Source: Guillardia theta CCMP2712 (lineage: Eukaryota; Protista; Cryptophyta). From it: DNA of 64,000 bases. Position 1 is the stretch's first letter. Each line of letters begins with the position of its first letter. This document shows, piece by piece, positions 13,245-25,333 of the stretch. The notes beneath the pieces were generated by a model. The model was not told the DNA's origin, made no database searches, and worked only from the letters and a program-made list of their open reading frames with translations. Both the position numbers and the translations under genes were made by a program. Location: positions 62,001-126,000 of the forward strand of contig NW_005434612.1 in NCBI RefSeq assembly GCF_000315625.1. Direction: 5' to 3'.

Positions 13245-16200
13245 CTACACTGTGCTTTCACAATTCAGCGATCCAGCGCTGTGGAGCTCATATCGATCAT
13301 AAGAAAACGCCTGTCCAAACAGGGTTACAAGAAGACTCTAGAACGCACGCACAAGCGTCTACCTGAGTGAGAGTGAAAACTGTTTGGATCTGCCGGAGCC
13401 TGCTCTCTCCGAGTGAGACGATGACAGGAAGGCCGGTCTTCGGAAGGAAGTGCGCACTCCCTGGTTTGCTGAAAAGCAGTTAGCGATAACACATCTCCAT
13501 CCAAAAGCCATCTCACCAAATGACGGCTGAATCCGACAGCCAACTACTGTTTTCGCAGGCCGTTCCGCCAATTCTTATCATGTCCGTGAATGCAGCTGAA
13601 TTGAAAGATCAGAACCGTCTCTACATGTTCATGCCGTCAGTTACCTTCTCCATAATTCTTTCCATACACTGTAATTAACGTTGTTTCGGAAAACACCACA
13701 TTCGGAGTTTGCACGGAGCTCAGGGTAGGAATGTCGTAGAAGTAAAACTTGGAGGTCGTTCCAACTTTTTCACCTGCTGTCACGATGATTTCGTTGTGAG
13801 AAGCAATGCTAGATGCAACGCGACAAAACAACGAGGTGTCCGAAGTCCAGTCACTCAACTCACAATTGGTGTATCCCAGTCGAGTAGCTAAGCTCGAGTC
13901 AACCGTAACGTAAGACCTTCCTGTCACTGTGACCAGCCCATCCATTCTCACACTCTTGTCTAACGGAGGTCGTATGTAGGTGATCAACACAGGTGAATCA
14001 TAACTCAAGAAGTTGGTGATTGACTGCCAACTTGTACATGGAGCGTGATTTGCACTTTACGAGAAGTCTGATAACCGACTTGTACTTTGCAGAAGAATGA
14101 AGTTTCGGACGCCCAGTCCGTGCTTTCTGCACTGGAATCACCGCACAACACCTTGCCAGTAGTCGCTAGGATTCCAAACTTCGAACCGTAGAGCTGAACC
14201 CGAGTAGACAAGGCTGGTTGATAATTTCGACGGCTCACATCACTAGTTTGGGCAACATCAGTTGAGAATATTGACGTGCTGCTACCAGCAAGCTCGGAAG
14301 AAGTGATGACGAGGATGCGCGAGGAGGTCGAACTGAGAGAACATCTCACAATGAGGCTTGTGTCCGAATCCCACACGGTGCTCAACATGGCAGTCGAATG
14401 AATGCGAGCTCTTTGAGATATTTGACGACTGAAGTACGAACCCATGACTGTGAAGAGTGTTGATCCTGTGGAAGGCGAGTTTGCATTGGATGGCACAGAT
14501 ATGCTTGGTGCTTCCATTGAGACAAGCCTGGTTGTCGTTGAGGTTTGTAAATCGACGGAGAGCATCACTTTTGCACTAGACTTGCAATATGTACTTGACT
14601 TTGCTTGAATTGCGCTGTCAGAATTCCAAGCAGTCGCTTCAGAAGTGCTGTGGAGAAGGCGCAATGTGACAGTAGAATCGAATATTGCAAAATGTGATCC
14701 TGCAATTGACAGACTGATGGAGCCTGTACGAGGTGTGTTGGACCTTACAGATGCAGAGAGAGCAGAGCGATCAAAGGAATAGATCTGAGTCAAAGTTCCT
14801 GGAACGATTGATGTTGTAAGTTGAAGTATCGCCGATCGTGTTACAGACGAAGGGATGATGCAAAGCATAGAAGTTGCGGAAGTCCAACGACTGCCTTCAG
14901 CTGCAGTCGAAAACATCCTTCCACGCTGAGTTTGAGAAGCGCTTCCAAATCCATTTCCAGTCACCGAGAACATGATGTTGCCTGTCGTAGGAGAATTCCT
15001 GGCCTGTGAATCCGAGATGAAGAGAGCGTCGAATGTCACGCCTTTGGTGGTTGAACTGACAAGCGAGCTAGCAGTAAGAACAACCCCAAGAGAACGAGAC
15101 GAGTGCCAGCTTGATCGGCATGTGACGGACGAGGCCGATAGCCACGATGACGATTCTGCAGATGAACCGCCAACCCTCAAAACAAGACATAAAGGATAAA
15201 GACCAGTTGCTTCAATTGACAAGGAAACTGGAACCCTAGGTTGGCCGGAGTTTGACGATCCAGCACCAAGAATCAAACGATCGAAGCTGAAAGCTTCTGA
15301 GAGAGAAGAAGATGAAAAGACAGACAAGATGACGGAGGATGAGCCAAACGACCCTGACGAGTGAGCTACTCGACATCGAATGCTTGACAACGAAACCCAA
15401 CTTGATGATTCACAAACGGAAAACCCAACCCTGGATACAGCCGAACGAGACTCAAACGATAAATAAATTCCATCTACGAAGAGTACGCCAGACCCAGTAC
15501 CCGCCGCGTTCCCGCTCCTAGTCTCTCTCNNNNNNNNNNNNNNNNNNNNNNNNNNNNNNNNNNNNNNNNNNNNNNNNNNNNNNNNNNNNNNNNNNNNNNN
15601 NNNNNNNNNNNNNNNNNNNNNNNNNNNNNCGTACGTCCCGGCCTCCGACCTCGTCCCGACTTGCTCCGACACCGTCACCGCTGCCCTCAAGCTCCCCCCG
15701 GCCCCGGCCCCTACCTTGCACGCTACCGACGTCTCCGACTCCCACCGGCTCCCCTCGCACCCGGTCTCTCCTACCCGCCCCTCCCCGCTGTACCCTGCTG
15801 CCCCTAGCCCTGCCCCGATCACCGTCACGCTCCTCGCCCCCGTCCCCGCCGCGTTCCCGCTCCCGATCTCCGACGCCCCTCCCCTGTCGTACGTCCCGGC
15901 CTCCGACCTCGTCCCGACTTGCTCCGACACCGTCACCGCTGCCCTCAAGCTCCCCCCGGCCCCGGCCCCTACCTTGCACGCTACCGACGTCTCCGACTCC
16001 CACCGGCTCCCCTCGCACCCGGTCTCTCCTACCCGCCCCTCCCCGCTGTNNNNNNNNNNNNNNNNNNNNNNNNNNNNNNNNNNNNNNNNNNNNNNNNNNN
16101 NNNNNNNNNNNNNNNNNNNNNNNNNNNNNNNNNNNNNNNNNNNNNNNNNCCTCCCCTGTCGTACGTCCCGGCCTCCGACCTCGTCCCGACTTGCTCCGAC

Positions 16201-18119
16201 ACCGTCACCGCTGCCCTCAAGCTCCCCCCGGCCCCGGCCCCTACCTTGCACGCTACCGACGTCTCCGACTCCCACCGGCTNNNNNNNNNNNNNNNNNNNN
16301 NNNNNNNNNNNNNNNNNNNNNNNNNNNNNNNNNNNNNNNNNNNNNNNNNNNNNNNNNNNNNNNNNNNNNNNNNNNNNNNNGCCCCTCCCCGCTGTACCCT
16401 GCCTGCCCCTAGCCCCTGCCCCGACTCCACCGTCACCGCTCCCGTCGGCCCCGTCCCCGCCGCGTTCCCGCTCCCGATCTCCGACGCCCCTCCCCTGTCG
16501 TACGTCCCGGCCTCCGACCTCGTCCCGACTTGCTCCGACACCGTCACCGCTGCCCTCAAGCTCCCCCCGGCCCCGGCCCCTACCTTGCACGCTACCGACG
16601 TCTCCGACTCCCACCGGCTCCCCTCGCACCCGGTCTCTCCTACCCGCCCCTCCCCGCTGTACTCCGCTGCCCCTAGCCCTGCCCCGATCACCGTCACGCT
16701 CCTCGCCCCCGTCCCCGCCGCGTTCCCGCTCCCGATCTCCGACGCCCCTCCCCTGTCGTACGTCCCGGCCTCCGACCTCGTCCCGACTTGCTCCGACACC
16801 GTCACCGCTGCCCTCAAGCTCCCCCCGGCCCCGGCCCCTACCTTGCACGCTACCGACGTCTCCGACTCCCACCGGCTCCCCTCGCACCCGGTCTCTCCTA
16901 CCCGCCCCTCCCCGCTGTACCCCGTTGTTTGTGTCATTTGACCAATTAGTGTTATCAAGGTGTTCATTTTGTATGGGGTGTTTTTGTATGACATTGATGA
17001 TGTTTCAGGGGCATCATAGGATGCAATGCCTGTCACGGTTCCCTTATGGGTCAGGATTGTCACCAGTGTTGTTAATCCGCTCTCTGTTCCCTCCGCAATT
17101 CTGCACAATACCGACGTCTCCGACGCCCACCGGCTCCCTTCGCATGCCGTGTCCCCTATCCTTGCCTGCCCACTGTATTCTGTGCTTCCAAGGGCAGACC
17201 CTATTATGGTCACAATAGTTGAGCCCGTCCCTGGATGGTTTCCTTCTAACAAGGAAGCAGGAAAGGGATAACATTCGGTAGGGTCGTTCACGCCACCGGT
17301 ACATTTGTTGCATGTTGCATCGTTGGTATTACTGCATACGGTCAGGTACTCACTTGCTCCACATGACAGCGTTGAACAATTAGTACAGTAATTCATGTCT
17401 GCAGTCCGATAAGTTCCTGACGGACAGGTTACACAGGACCCTGAATCAAGTTCGAAGCCAGCCGGACAGGGGCTCGAACAATTATCAATCGATGTAGAAC
17501 CTGTGCTCTTGGTGGTATTCAGCTTGGTCGGACAACTAGTACAACCGTCTATCGCAATTTCAGCCCAGTTCAGACTATCAATGCTGGCATCTTTATACGT
17601 CCAAAGATATCGCCCTTTCAAGGTACACGAAATGTTGTGCACGTCATCTATGCTAGTGAACACACCCGTTGTTCCACATAGAGAATTGTTTAGGGCATCA
17701 TAACTGTCGTCTCCTATATAGATCGAGACATTGTCATCTCGATATGTCAGCGCCGCATCCCTATTCGGCCAGATAGCCACTGCCTGTATATCTTTCGATT
17801 CGCCCAGATCAATTCTCCACCATCGAATCTGTTCTGAGCCTGTTAAAATGAAATCGTATATATTGTTGTCGTATCCGTTCGTGCAAGGATACAGAGTAGA
17901 ATTGTAGTAGCTAGATTGAGTGCACGAGCACAAACTTGTTCCATCAGTTGAACCACAATCTTCGAGTGAGATCATGTATCCAGTACTACTGTAGAAACCA
18001 ATCGGACAATCAGCCAGAGAATGGCCAGGTTGGGATTGTGACAAGGAAGTCAAGGCAGCAAACACCAGGATGAACAAGCAAGACGAAATTTTGGATCGCA
18101 TGGCCAGGAATGCTTGCAT
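13245..18119 (-). CDS. Large secreted/surface protein: signal peptide, F5/8C-fucolectin-like domain, Cys-rich segment, many ~86-aa TIG/IPT-like repeats
   Basis: Signal peptide (SCLFILVFAALTSLSQS). Lectin-like WWRIDLGE...VAIWPNRD...CTLKGRYL. CPAG/CPSGTY motifs. Repeats of VTVIG...RVGETGCEGSRWESETSVACKV...YD. Interrupted by three N gaps and an apparent frameshift near 14025. The 3' end is approximate. Confidence 0.8.
15495..16923 (-). repeat. Near-identical 258-bp coding tandem repeat (86 aa), partly in gaps
   Basis: The same TACGTCCCGGCCTCC anchor occurs at 15632 and 15890 and at 16501 and 16759 (period 258). Confidence 0.93.
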
Positions 18120-19691
18120 ATCAACAGTTATCGACTCTAGCTTGTTTGATGTGATATTACGCTCACAATAGCGAATACTCGGATCGCCAAATCAGTCCGA
18201 GCATTCTTCTATCTCTCCTAGACGGATCTTTTCACTTGTGGGAATCGAGATTTGCTGTTCCCTCCCGGAATAACCCCGCGGTCCACCGATCCCCTGCCAT
18301 CATGCTCTGAGAGCGCTTCGCTCGCACAAGCTCTCCTGCCCCACCCCCTCATTCAACCCCCATCCCTCACATGTCTACAGGGGTACATAAATGACTATCC
18401 CAGTCAATCTCGGATCCTGACTGGCTGTAACGCACGGACGAATTCTTGTAACGGTTGCCATGATCATCGTATTTGACTGCTGGCTGTGCGACAGTGTCAC
18501 AACATTGTCCTCTTTCTGATTTTTTTAACCTACTTGTTGAAACATGAGTAAATTCAATGCTGGTCTCCCGGGCCCGGCCGTGCCGCTGAGTCGGACTCTA
18601 AGCTCAGGCCCGCTGCAGCCAGAGCCCGCGTGCCACTATGACACTGGCTGTCACTGTGTGACCGGACTGGGACAGGCCGGGCTGAGCGGTGCCGAGTCCC
18701 CCCCGCCCCGGATACTCGGGAGGGGATAACTCGATCAGACCACGGCGCCCGGTCCTGTCCGTAACCGGCGTCACGTAGTACAGGCCGGGCCCGGCCGCCG
18801 CCGGGGGCCGGCCCCCGGGAGTGGCGGCTGTAAGAACTTGGGTTCTGACAAACCTCTCAGAAGTTCTTTCAGACGCGATAAGTTCAAGGCGTGCGTCTAA
18901 TCAGGTTGTGAACCAAGTGAAGCCTGCAGGTCCAAGCTAGTGGGGGCGGCGCCGGAGGAATCAAGAGGCGCCGGCGGTCGAAGAGGCATCTACTCGTACA
19001 GTGGTGGAAGTAAGGCGGGGGTGAGCGAAGGGAAGCTGTTTGGTTGGTCTTGCTGCTACGAGTGTTGGGAATAAAGTGCTGGAGATTGTTGGGAAGTTGA
19101 TCTGAGTTATCTGAGGTGTTTGGTTGGCTTGGTGTCTTCGTGCGCACATCATCTGTGAGTCTTGGTCTTTGGCTTATCAGTCAGCTGTTGAGCTGTTCTA
19201 CTAGTCATTTATCTGTGCACAGACTCTAGAGGAGTCTCGAATTGATTCCAATAGCGGCCTCAACTCAGTCACTGAGTGTTGATGGCCCCCCGGCCGGGCG
19301 GACTCGGGACCGGGACGCCGGCCCCCCGGGCCCGGAAGTTTCAGCCACTTCGAGAAGGTCCTAAGACCACCCCAGTACCCTATCCAACCACCCCTACCAC
19401 CCCTCTCTCGTGATCCCACGGGGTTCTCCCTCTTCACGTACAACATCGCACCGACCCCTTCGCTACTACCCCTGGTTTCTCCATATTACTGACCCTCGGC
19501 AAAGCACCTCATGGCCCCATACAGTTTCTGGGGGATGACCCCTACAACAAAATTTTACCGTCATGCACATACCCCTAGTTTCCTCGTTGTTGAACCTACC
19601 CTCTTTACAAAAAGTACCCACCCCTTTTTAATATTTTGATGACCCACCCTACCTGTCTCGCTATTCTTCGCTGTGCAATGCACATAGCGCC

Positions 19692-21714
19692 ATGACGACA
19701 TCAAGGAAGAGGATGAGAGGAGAAGGGCCTTGTGGGGCTCTCATGCAGTTAGCATCCATGAGCATGGCCGATCATCAGCTTACTGATCAGCATGTTGAAG
19801 ATGTTGCGCTCGCCATCATCCTTCAGGCGGCATCCAATCGGTTGGATTCTTCTGGTGAACTCTTCCTCAAGATGTGTGCCACCTTCAACCTTGAGAGTCC
19901 GACCATTCTAGCGGCACAGGAGCATTACGCTTCCGTCATGCAGGCTCTTAGTGATTACACACCTGCGCCTGAACAAATTGAGAATGGTATCAATGGTTCA
20001 GAAAAGGAAGTTAATGGCGCGACCCAAGGTGGTTGTTGTTGTGAGGAAATTGTTCAACCTGCTGGAAAGAGTGCGTGTAGCGATGGCCCGTCTACATATC
20101 GGACTATGTCAACATGCTGTCAAGAAGTCGTAAAGCTTCGGTCGAAAAAGAGAGATTCGGCTTTCATAGAGGTCGGAGAACTTGTACAGAGGCTGAGTAA
20201 GGTTTGTATGTCCCAGTTTATGGCCAACATTCGAAAGAGAGTGCGCGAAACAGTGCCCAATCTTGTCGGTGTGCAGCAACCAGCCCCACAAAAGTGGAAG
20301 CTAGGTCGAATTCTCGGTTCTGGGGCATTTGGAGAGTGTAGATTGGCTATTTGTCAAGACACAGGAATGTTGTTTGCTGTGAAATCTGTAGCGCTCAAAG
20401 GTTCACACAAAGAGATCTCGAGTACATTGACGTCCCTTCAAAGAGAGGTAAATCAAATATGTGCTGCTTACAGCCCAATACCCTATTTCCTCTTAATTCC
20501 ATTTATAAGAGCACTCCTGTAAACATTTTCCTAACCCTTGCTTTTTAATAGATTGGGGTTTTGCGTGGAATGGCTCATCCTCATGTGGTGGAAGTTTATG
20601 GAGTCTCGTTGGACCTTGGTTCAGGAAATATTGATGCCACAGAGTTACAGGATCTGAAAGACAACTGCAATCCTTGTCACGCGAGGATAAATATTTCTAT
20701 GGAATTCATGGAAGGTGGATCGCTGGCCAAGTTGGTGGAAGAGTTTGGACCCCTCTCAGAAGGCTTGGCTGCATTCTATGCTAAGCAAATTGTTAGTTTA
20801 TTGTTTTCTTGCCGTTCTGTCGTTGACTTCTTCTTACACGTGGTTGTTTACAGATTATTGGCCTTGAATACTTGCACGTTCATGGCATCATCCATGGCGA
20901 CATAAAGCCAGCAAACTGCCTCTTAGACAAGAACGGGGTCTTGAAATTGTCCGACTTCGGATGTGCGCAGATTGTGGGATGTGACAGGGTTGGAGGACGT
21001 TTCCTCGAGGCTCAAAGTGGAACTTCCGATGTCCTGGAACTAATCCGCAACAGCAGCTATGGACAGCAATTCTGTTCGAACCTGGAGAGTGCAGAGTCTC
21101 ATTCCAATGATCATGGCAGAGTGAAGAATCTAGAGGGCACACCCAGTTACATGGCACCTGAAGTCATTCGGAAGAAGGCATACAGTCCGAAGGCAGATAT
21201 TTGGGCCCTGGGGTTGACGGTGTTGGAAATCATGACGGGGGTTGCGAGTTATGACGCATCCAACCCATTCACCGTCATGTTCCTCGTCGGTCGTGGCGTT
21301 GAGCCGAAGGTTCCTGATACGCTTGGTAAGGAGGCCCAAAATTTTGTTTCGGATTGCTGCCGTGCTTCAGCTATACTTCGACCAACAGCATCGCAACTCT
21401 TGTCAAACCCATTCATTCTGCATGCAAACCAGGATGCCGCTGAGAAGTATCGCAATACGGAAAAAATCCTGAATGTTGCCATGCTTCGTCTCATGGCGTC
21501 GATCTGTGGAAGTGAACCTGCCAGTCATAACAGGGCAATTTTACCTCCTCCGCGAAATGTGGAACTGATAACTGCAGTCGAAGACGTTGAAATCGAAAAC
21601 AGTGATCTTCCGATGAGTGTTACCACCAGAGTGGCATTGAGCTCTCTGCTTAACCAGGGTCAGGTTGTTCAGTTAGAATCAGACTCTCCGAAAGGTCAAG
21701 ATCAAACAACATGA
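19692..21714 (+). CDS. STE11/MEKK-like MAP kinase kinase kinase
   Basis: [52 protein letters not shown]. Introns 20448-20551 and 20792-20853 join the three ORFs. Confidence 0.92.
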
Positions 21715-22031
21715 TTGAGGCCACTTCCGAGTTGTTTATTTAGTAAAGTAGCACTTGTTCTCAGACTTTGGTCGCAGGGCTGTTGGATGTTCAGGCGGCC
21801 TCGGCCCGGACGGACTCATGGCTGATTCAATCCGATCGGATCATGTCACAACTCGTTTATTTTTCAGTTGACGCTGGTTGGCCGGGCAGAGTCCCGGCGG
21901 AGTTCCCGGTGACTGCCGCTGTGCCGCCTGAGTGCGGCGCGGCAGCCCGGGACTCCGGGACCACTCCGATCACCGAGCCGTTTCAGGATCCATTGCAGCC
22001 GTTAGTAAAAAACTCGTCAGTGCATGGCGTG

Positions 22032-23183
22032 ATGGCAGCGGGGGGCCGAAGGAGCGTGGCTGCGGCGATGCTACTGGTAGGCCATGCGAAGGAGACAAAG
22101 AGCGGGGGATATGTATATCAATGTAGAACCAAGATGAAACTTGACCTTGCCAAGATCAAAGTTCGTCTTGATGTCAGAGCATGCGATGCTTGTTCTTGCG
22201 GGATCCATTGGTCCAATCAGATTTCTGTGTTTCCCTGCATGCATACCATTAATTACAATCATTCCATGGCTGAGAGAGGAGGGAAAATGTGCAATGCTTC
22301 GGTATGGATGCTGACGCTTGTTCTTTTAGGCAATGAGCGTGTCTCATGTAGCAGCTTTCTCGCACTCGTTTCTTCCCCTACGGAGCGGAATCTCGCACAT
22401 GTCTAGCATCAAATCGAATGAGCACCAGATTATTCATCAAAGCAAGAACACGAGACAGTGCGTGACTACCAGTCACAGGGACTCTGTAAAACTTTACTCT
22501 AGCCATGGTGAATCTGAAGCCAAAGTGAGGATTGTTGGTGCTATCGTAGAAAGAAACGGCAAGTTTCTCATGGTGGAGAGATTGAGACGCTCAAGGGGCT
22601 ATTTCGAGTTTCCAGGTATTAAGAGCATTCTTTCGGCCAACCCCTTGACTCACCTGATGTTCTCCAAGGTGGAAAAGTAGAGGAGGGCGAGTCGGACGAG
22701 CACGCGCTGGTGCGGGAGCTCAAGGAGGAATTGTCCGTCGAAGGAAAGGTAGGAGGGAATAAGGAGTAGGTGTCAGAGGTGCTGAATTGAGTTGCAAGCT
22801 TATCAACGCCGATCCGTTCGCTAGAGGAGAAGATGGTCCTGTACAGGTAGCTATGGTGACGAGAGCCTATGGTGATGTGACGCTGAACCTACAGCTCACT
22901 TGCTATCGAGTTGAGATCTTCGGGGAGCCAAAACCAGATTCCGACACGCTTAACCTCAAGTGCGTTCTAATTTCGCCTGACCTGGTAGCGATCGACAATT
23001 GATCGTGTCTTCCGCAGGTGGTTCAGTGCTGACGAGCTCAATTCTATCGCCATTCCTCCTGCAGACAGGCAAGTCGTGAGCAGTTGATGGGATCTTTGGG
23101 ACTCAACTTCTGACAGGGCCGTGGTCAGTGGACTACTGAAACAGTCACAATCTAATGCCTCAAAGAATCAACAGTCGGGATAA
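22032..23183 (+). CDS. Nudix (MutT-like) hydrolase, multi-exon; start approximate
   Basis: VGAIVERNGKFLMV...FEFPG|GKVEEGESDEHALVRELKEELSV is a complete Nudix box once the intron after 22615 is removed. Confidence 0.85.
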
Positions 23184-23260
23184 GAAAACATTTCAGACTT
23201 CGCCTCAAATTTATTTCAATACACAATCTTGTACTTGTAACGAATGTGCACCAGGATGGA

Positions 23261-24794
23261 TCAGTCGAGGCAGTATGCTAAACTTCCATCGTCGCCCTTC
23301 CTAATCAGCATAACTCTCCCTTCTCCAAGTACTCGGGTGTGCAGAAGATGTTCAAACTCTTCCATTACGTCTTGTGGCAATTCCCTACTGTGATAGCGAG
23401 TAGTTTTGACGATGGAGGCATCCTCCAATTTCAGTCTTAGTGTTTCCATTTCCTTGTCTTTGCTCGCGACAATTTGTTGGTGCAAGGCTCTCTCAGATTC
23501 TAGAAGCTTGTTCAGTCTGTCAATCTCAGACCGCAAAGATTGATCCGACTGAAAGATCCTCATGGGCGATGTTGGTTGTTCATCAGCGTTGAACAAGACT
23601 CTCCGGATTGGAAATCTTTCCCTCAAATCTGGCGACGAGTCATCTGTGCATGACGACAGAGGAGACGAAAGATCCTCTTTGTCTGCATGGTTTGAGAGTG
23701 AACACAACAAGAGAAAAATCCTAACCCTGCATGCTATTCGTGAAACTGTTCACGAAGATCATCGCTCGCTGCTCCTCTAGCATTCGACGATAGTTGAGCA
23801 CGCTTTCAACATCCTCAAGCTCTACAGTGCGCAAGCAGACCAATTCGACTATCACCTGTCATCCAGGTTCACGTGCCCGCATGTCCTCTGCACTGACTTG
23901 ACCTCTCTCTCCAATCCGTTCCTCAACCTCATCAGCCTGAGGACAACCCTTTCACCCTCGTCTCGCGTCAAATGATCCTCACGGCTGACGTCCCTGACCG
24001 TGCTGTGTCAAACCGCAAGAAGGCCAGGAGCAAGCAAGAGAACACGTTGAGAGATAAAGCACGCTCTGATCGTCTATCGAGATGATTCGGTCGCCTTTGA
24101 AGATCTGCATCAAGGTCATCACACGTTGACCTCAGACTCCTGACACCTTCTGGCTGAAGTATGCCGACGATCCTGGAAGAATTCGATCTACCGTCCATGA
24201 AACATCTTTCAACTCATCGCATCCCTCCAGAACGATGCCTGTCGACACCCTCAATCCTTGTTCTTCAACCCTTTGACTAGAGGGGAAGATCTCTTCCGCA
24301 ACATGAAGCAACGTCGTGTTCCTTCTGGTCCTGTCGAAGGCTTCAAAGGTGATTTCAAACGCTTTTCCTGGAGTCCCACTCAGCAATCTCTGCGTCTGCA
24401 AGGAGTCAGGTGATCCCATCGTGACAACAAGGAGGGAGAGCTCACTGTTTCTTGAATGATTCCTTCCTTGCCTGCTGAGATAAGCTCTCCATTGATCGCT
24501 ACAATCGAATCGCCCAGTGCTATGCTGCCACTACAGAAGGCAGGCAGTCTACCAAATCTTTCACGTCGAGCGATCAAAGCTCGATATTTTCTCACCCCAC
24601 CCTCATGCTTTTCACCATGGCCTGCAGAATGCACACGGTCAGTGGGACGAAGTGAAGGAGCGAAGACACTGAGATGAAGTGAAGGAGCGAAGACACTGAG
24701 ATGAACAGCTCTCCAGCTGATCTTCAGCAACAAGACTCACTCGGCCTCTAGATTCCACGAGCGAAATGCCGAAACCGACGATGCTTCTTGACAT
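23261..24794 (-). CDS. PDZ-like domain plus coiled-coil protein, multi-exon
   Basis: N-terminal GFGISL and PAFCSGSIALGDSIVAING (PDZ signature). C-terminal coiled coil LRSEIDRLNKLLESER. A 27-bp tandem duplication lies in the first intron (about 24648-24703). Confidence 0.65.
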
Positions 24795-25098
24795 CTTCGG
24801 ACACGAAATGAGTCAGTGCCGCCCCTGACATAGTGGGATCTTTCCTGCTCTTGATCCTCCGAACCATCCTCCTTGTCAACCTCCTCCTCCAATCCTACAT
24901 GCTGACCCTCCTAGTCCTCCTCACTCTGACCTGCATCTTCTGCGATTCGCTTTCAAAACCCCATAATCTCGAAAAAGTCTACACTCCCAACCCCCTACCC
25001 CCCATCCCAGCCCACCCTACCCCCCCTTCTACACACTCTTCCCTTGTCAAATCTTGTCACAGTCAGTTATCTCATGGCCCAGCGCGACCAGCCAAGGT

Positions 25099-25302
25099 GA
25101 TGCGAAGCGATGGTGGTGGTGATGATGATGATGGTGATGATGATGATGGTGATGATGATGATGATGATGATGGTGATGGTGATGATGGAGATGGAGATGG
25201 TGATGGTGATGGTGATGGTGATGGTGATGGTGATGGTGATGGTGATGGTGATGGTGATGGTGATGGTGATGGTGATGGTGATGGTGATGATATGGAGGAG
25301 AA

Positions 25303-25333
<31 letters not shown>

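Noticed and set aside
16381-16450. Variant repeat unit with several indels
   Set aside because: It directly abuts an N gap and is most likely low-quality read-end sequence.
15716-17218. Long Pro-rich plus-strand ORFs
   Set aside because: Antisense shadows of the GC-rich 258-bp repeat, run through N gaps.
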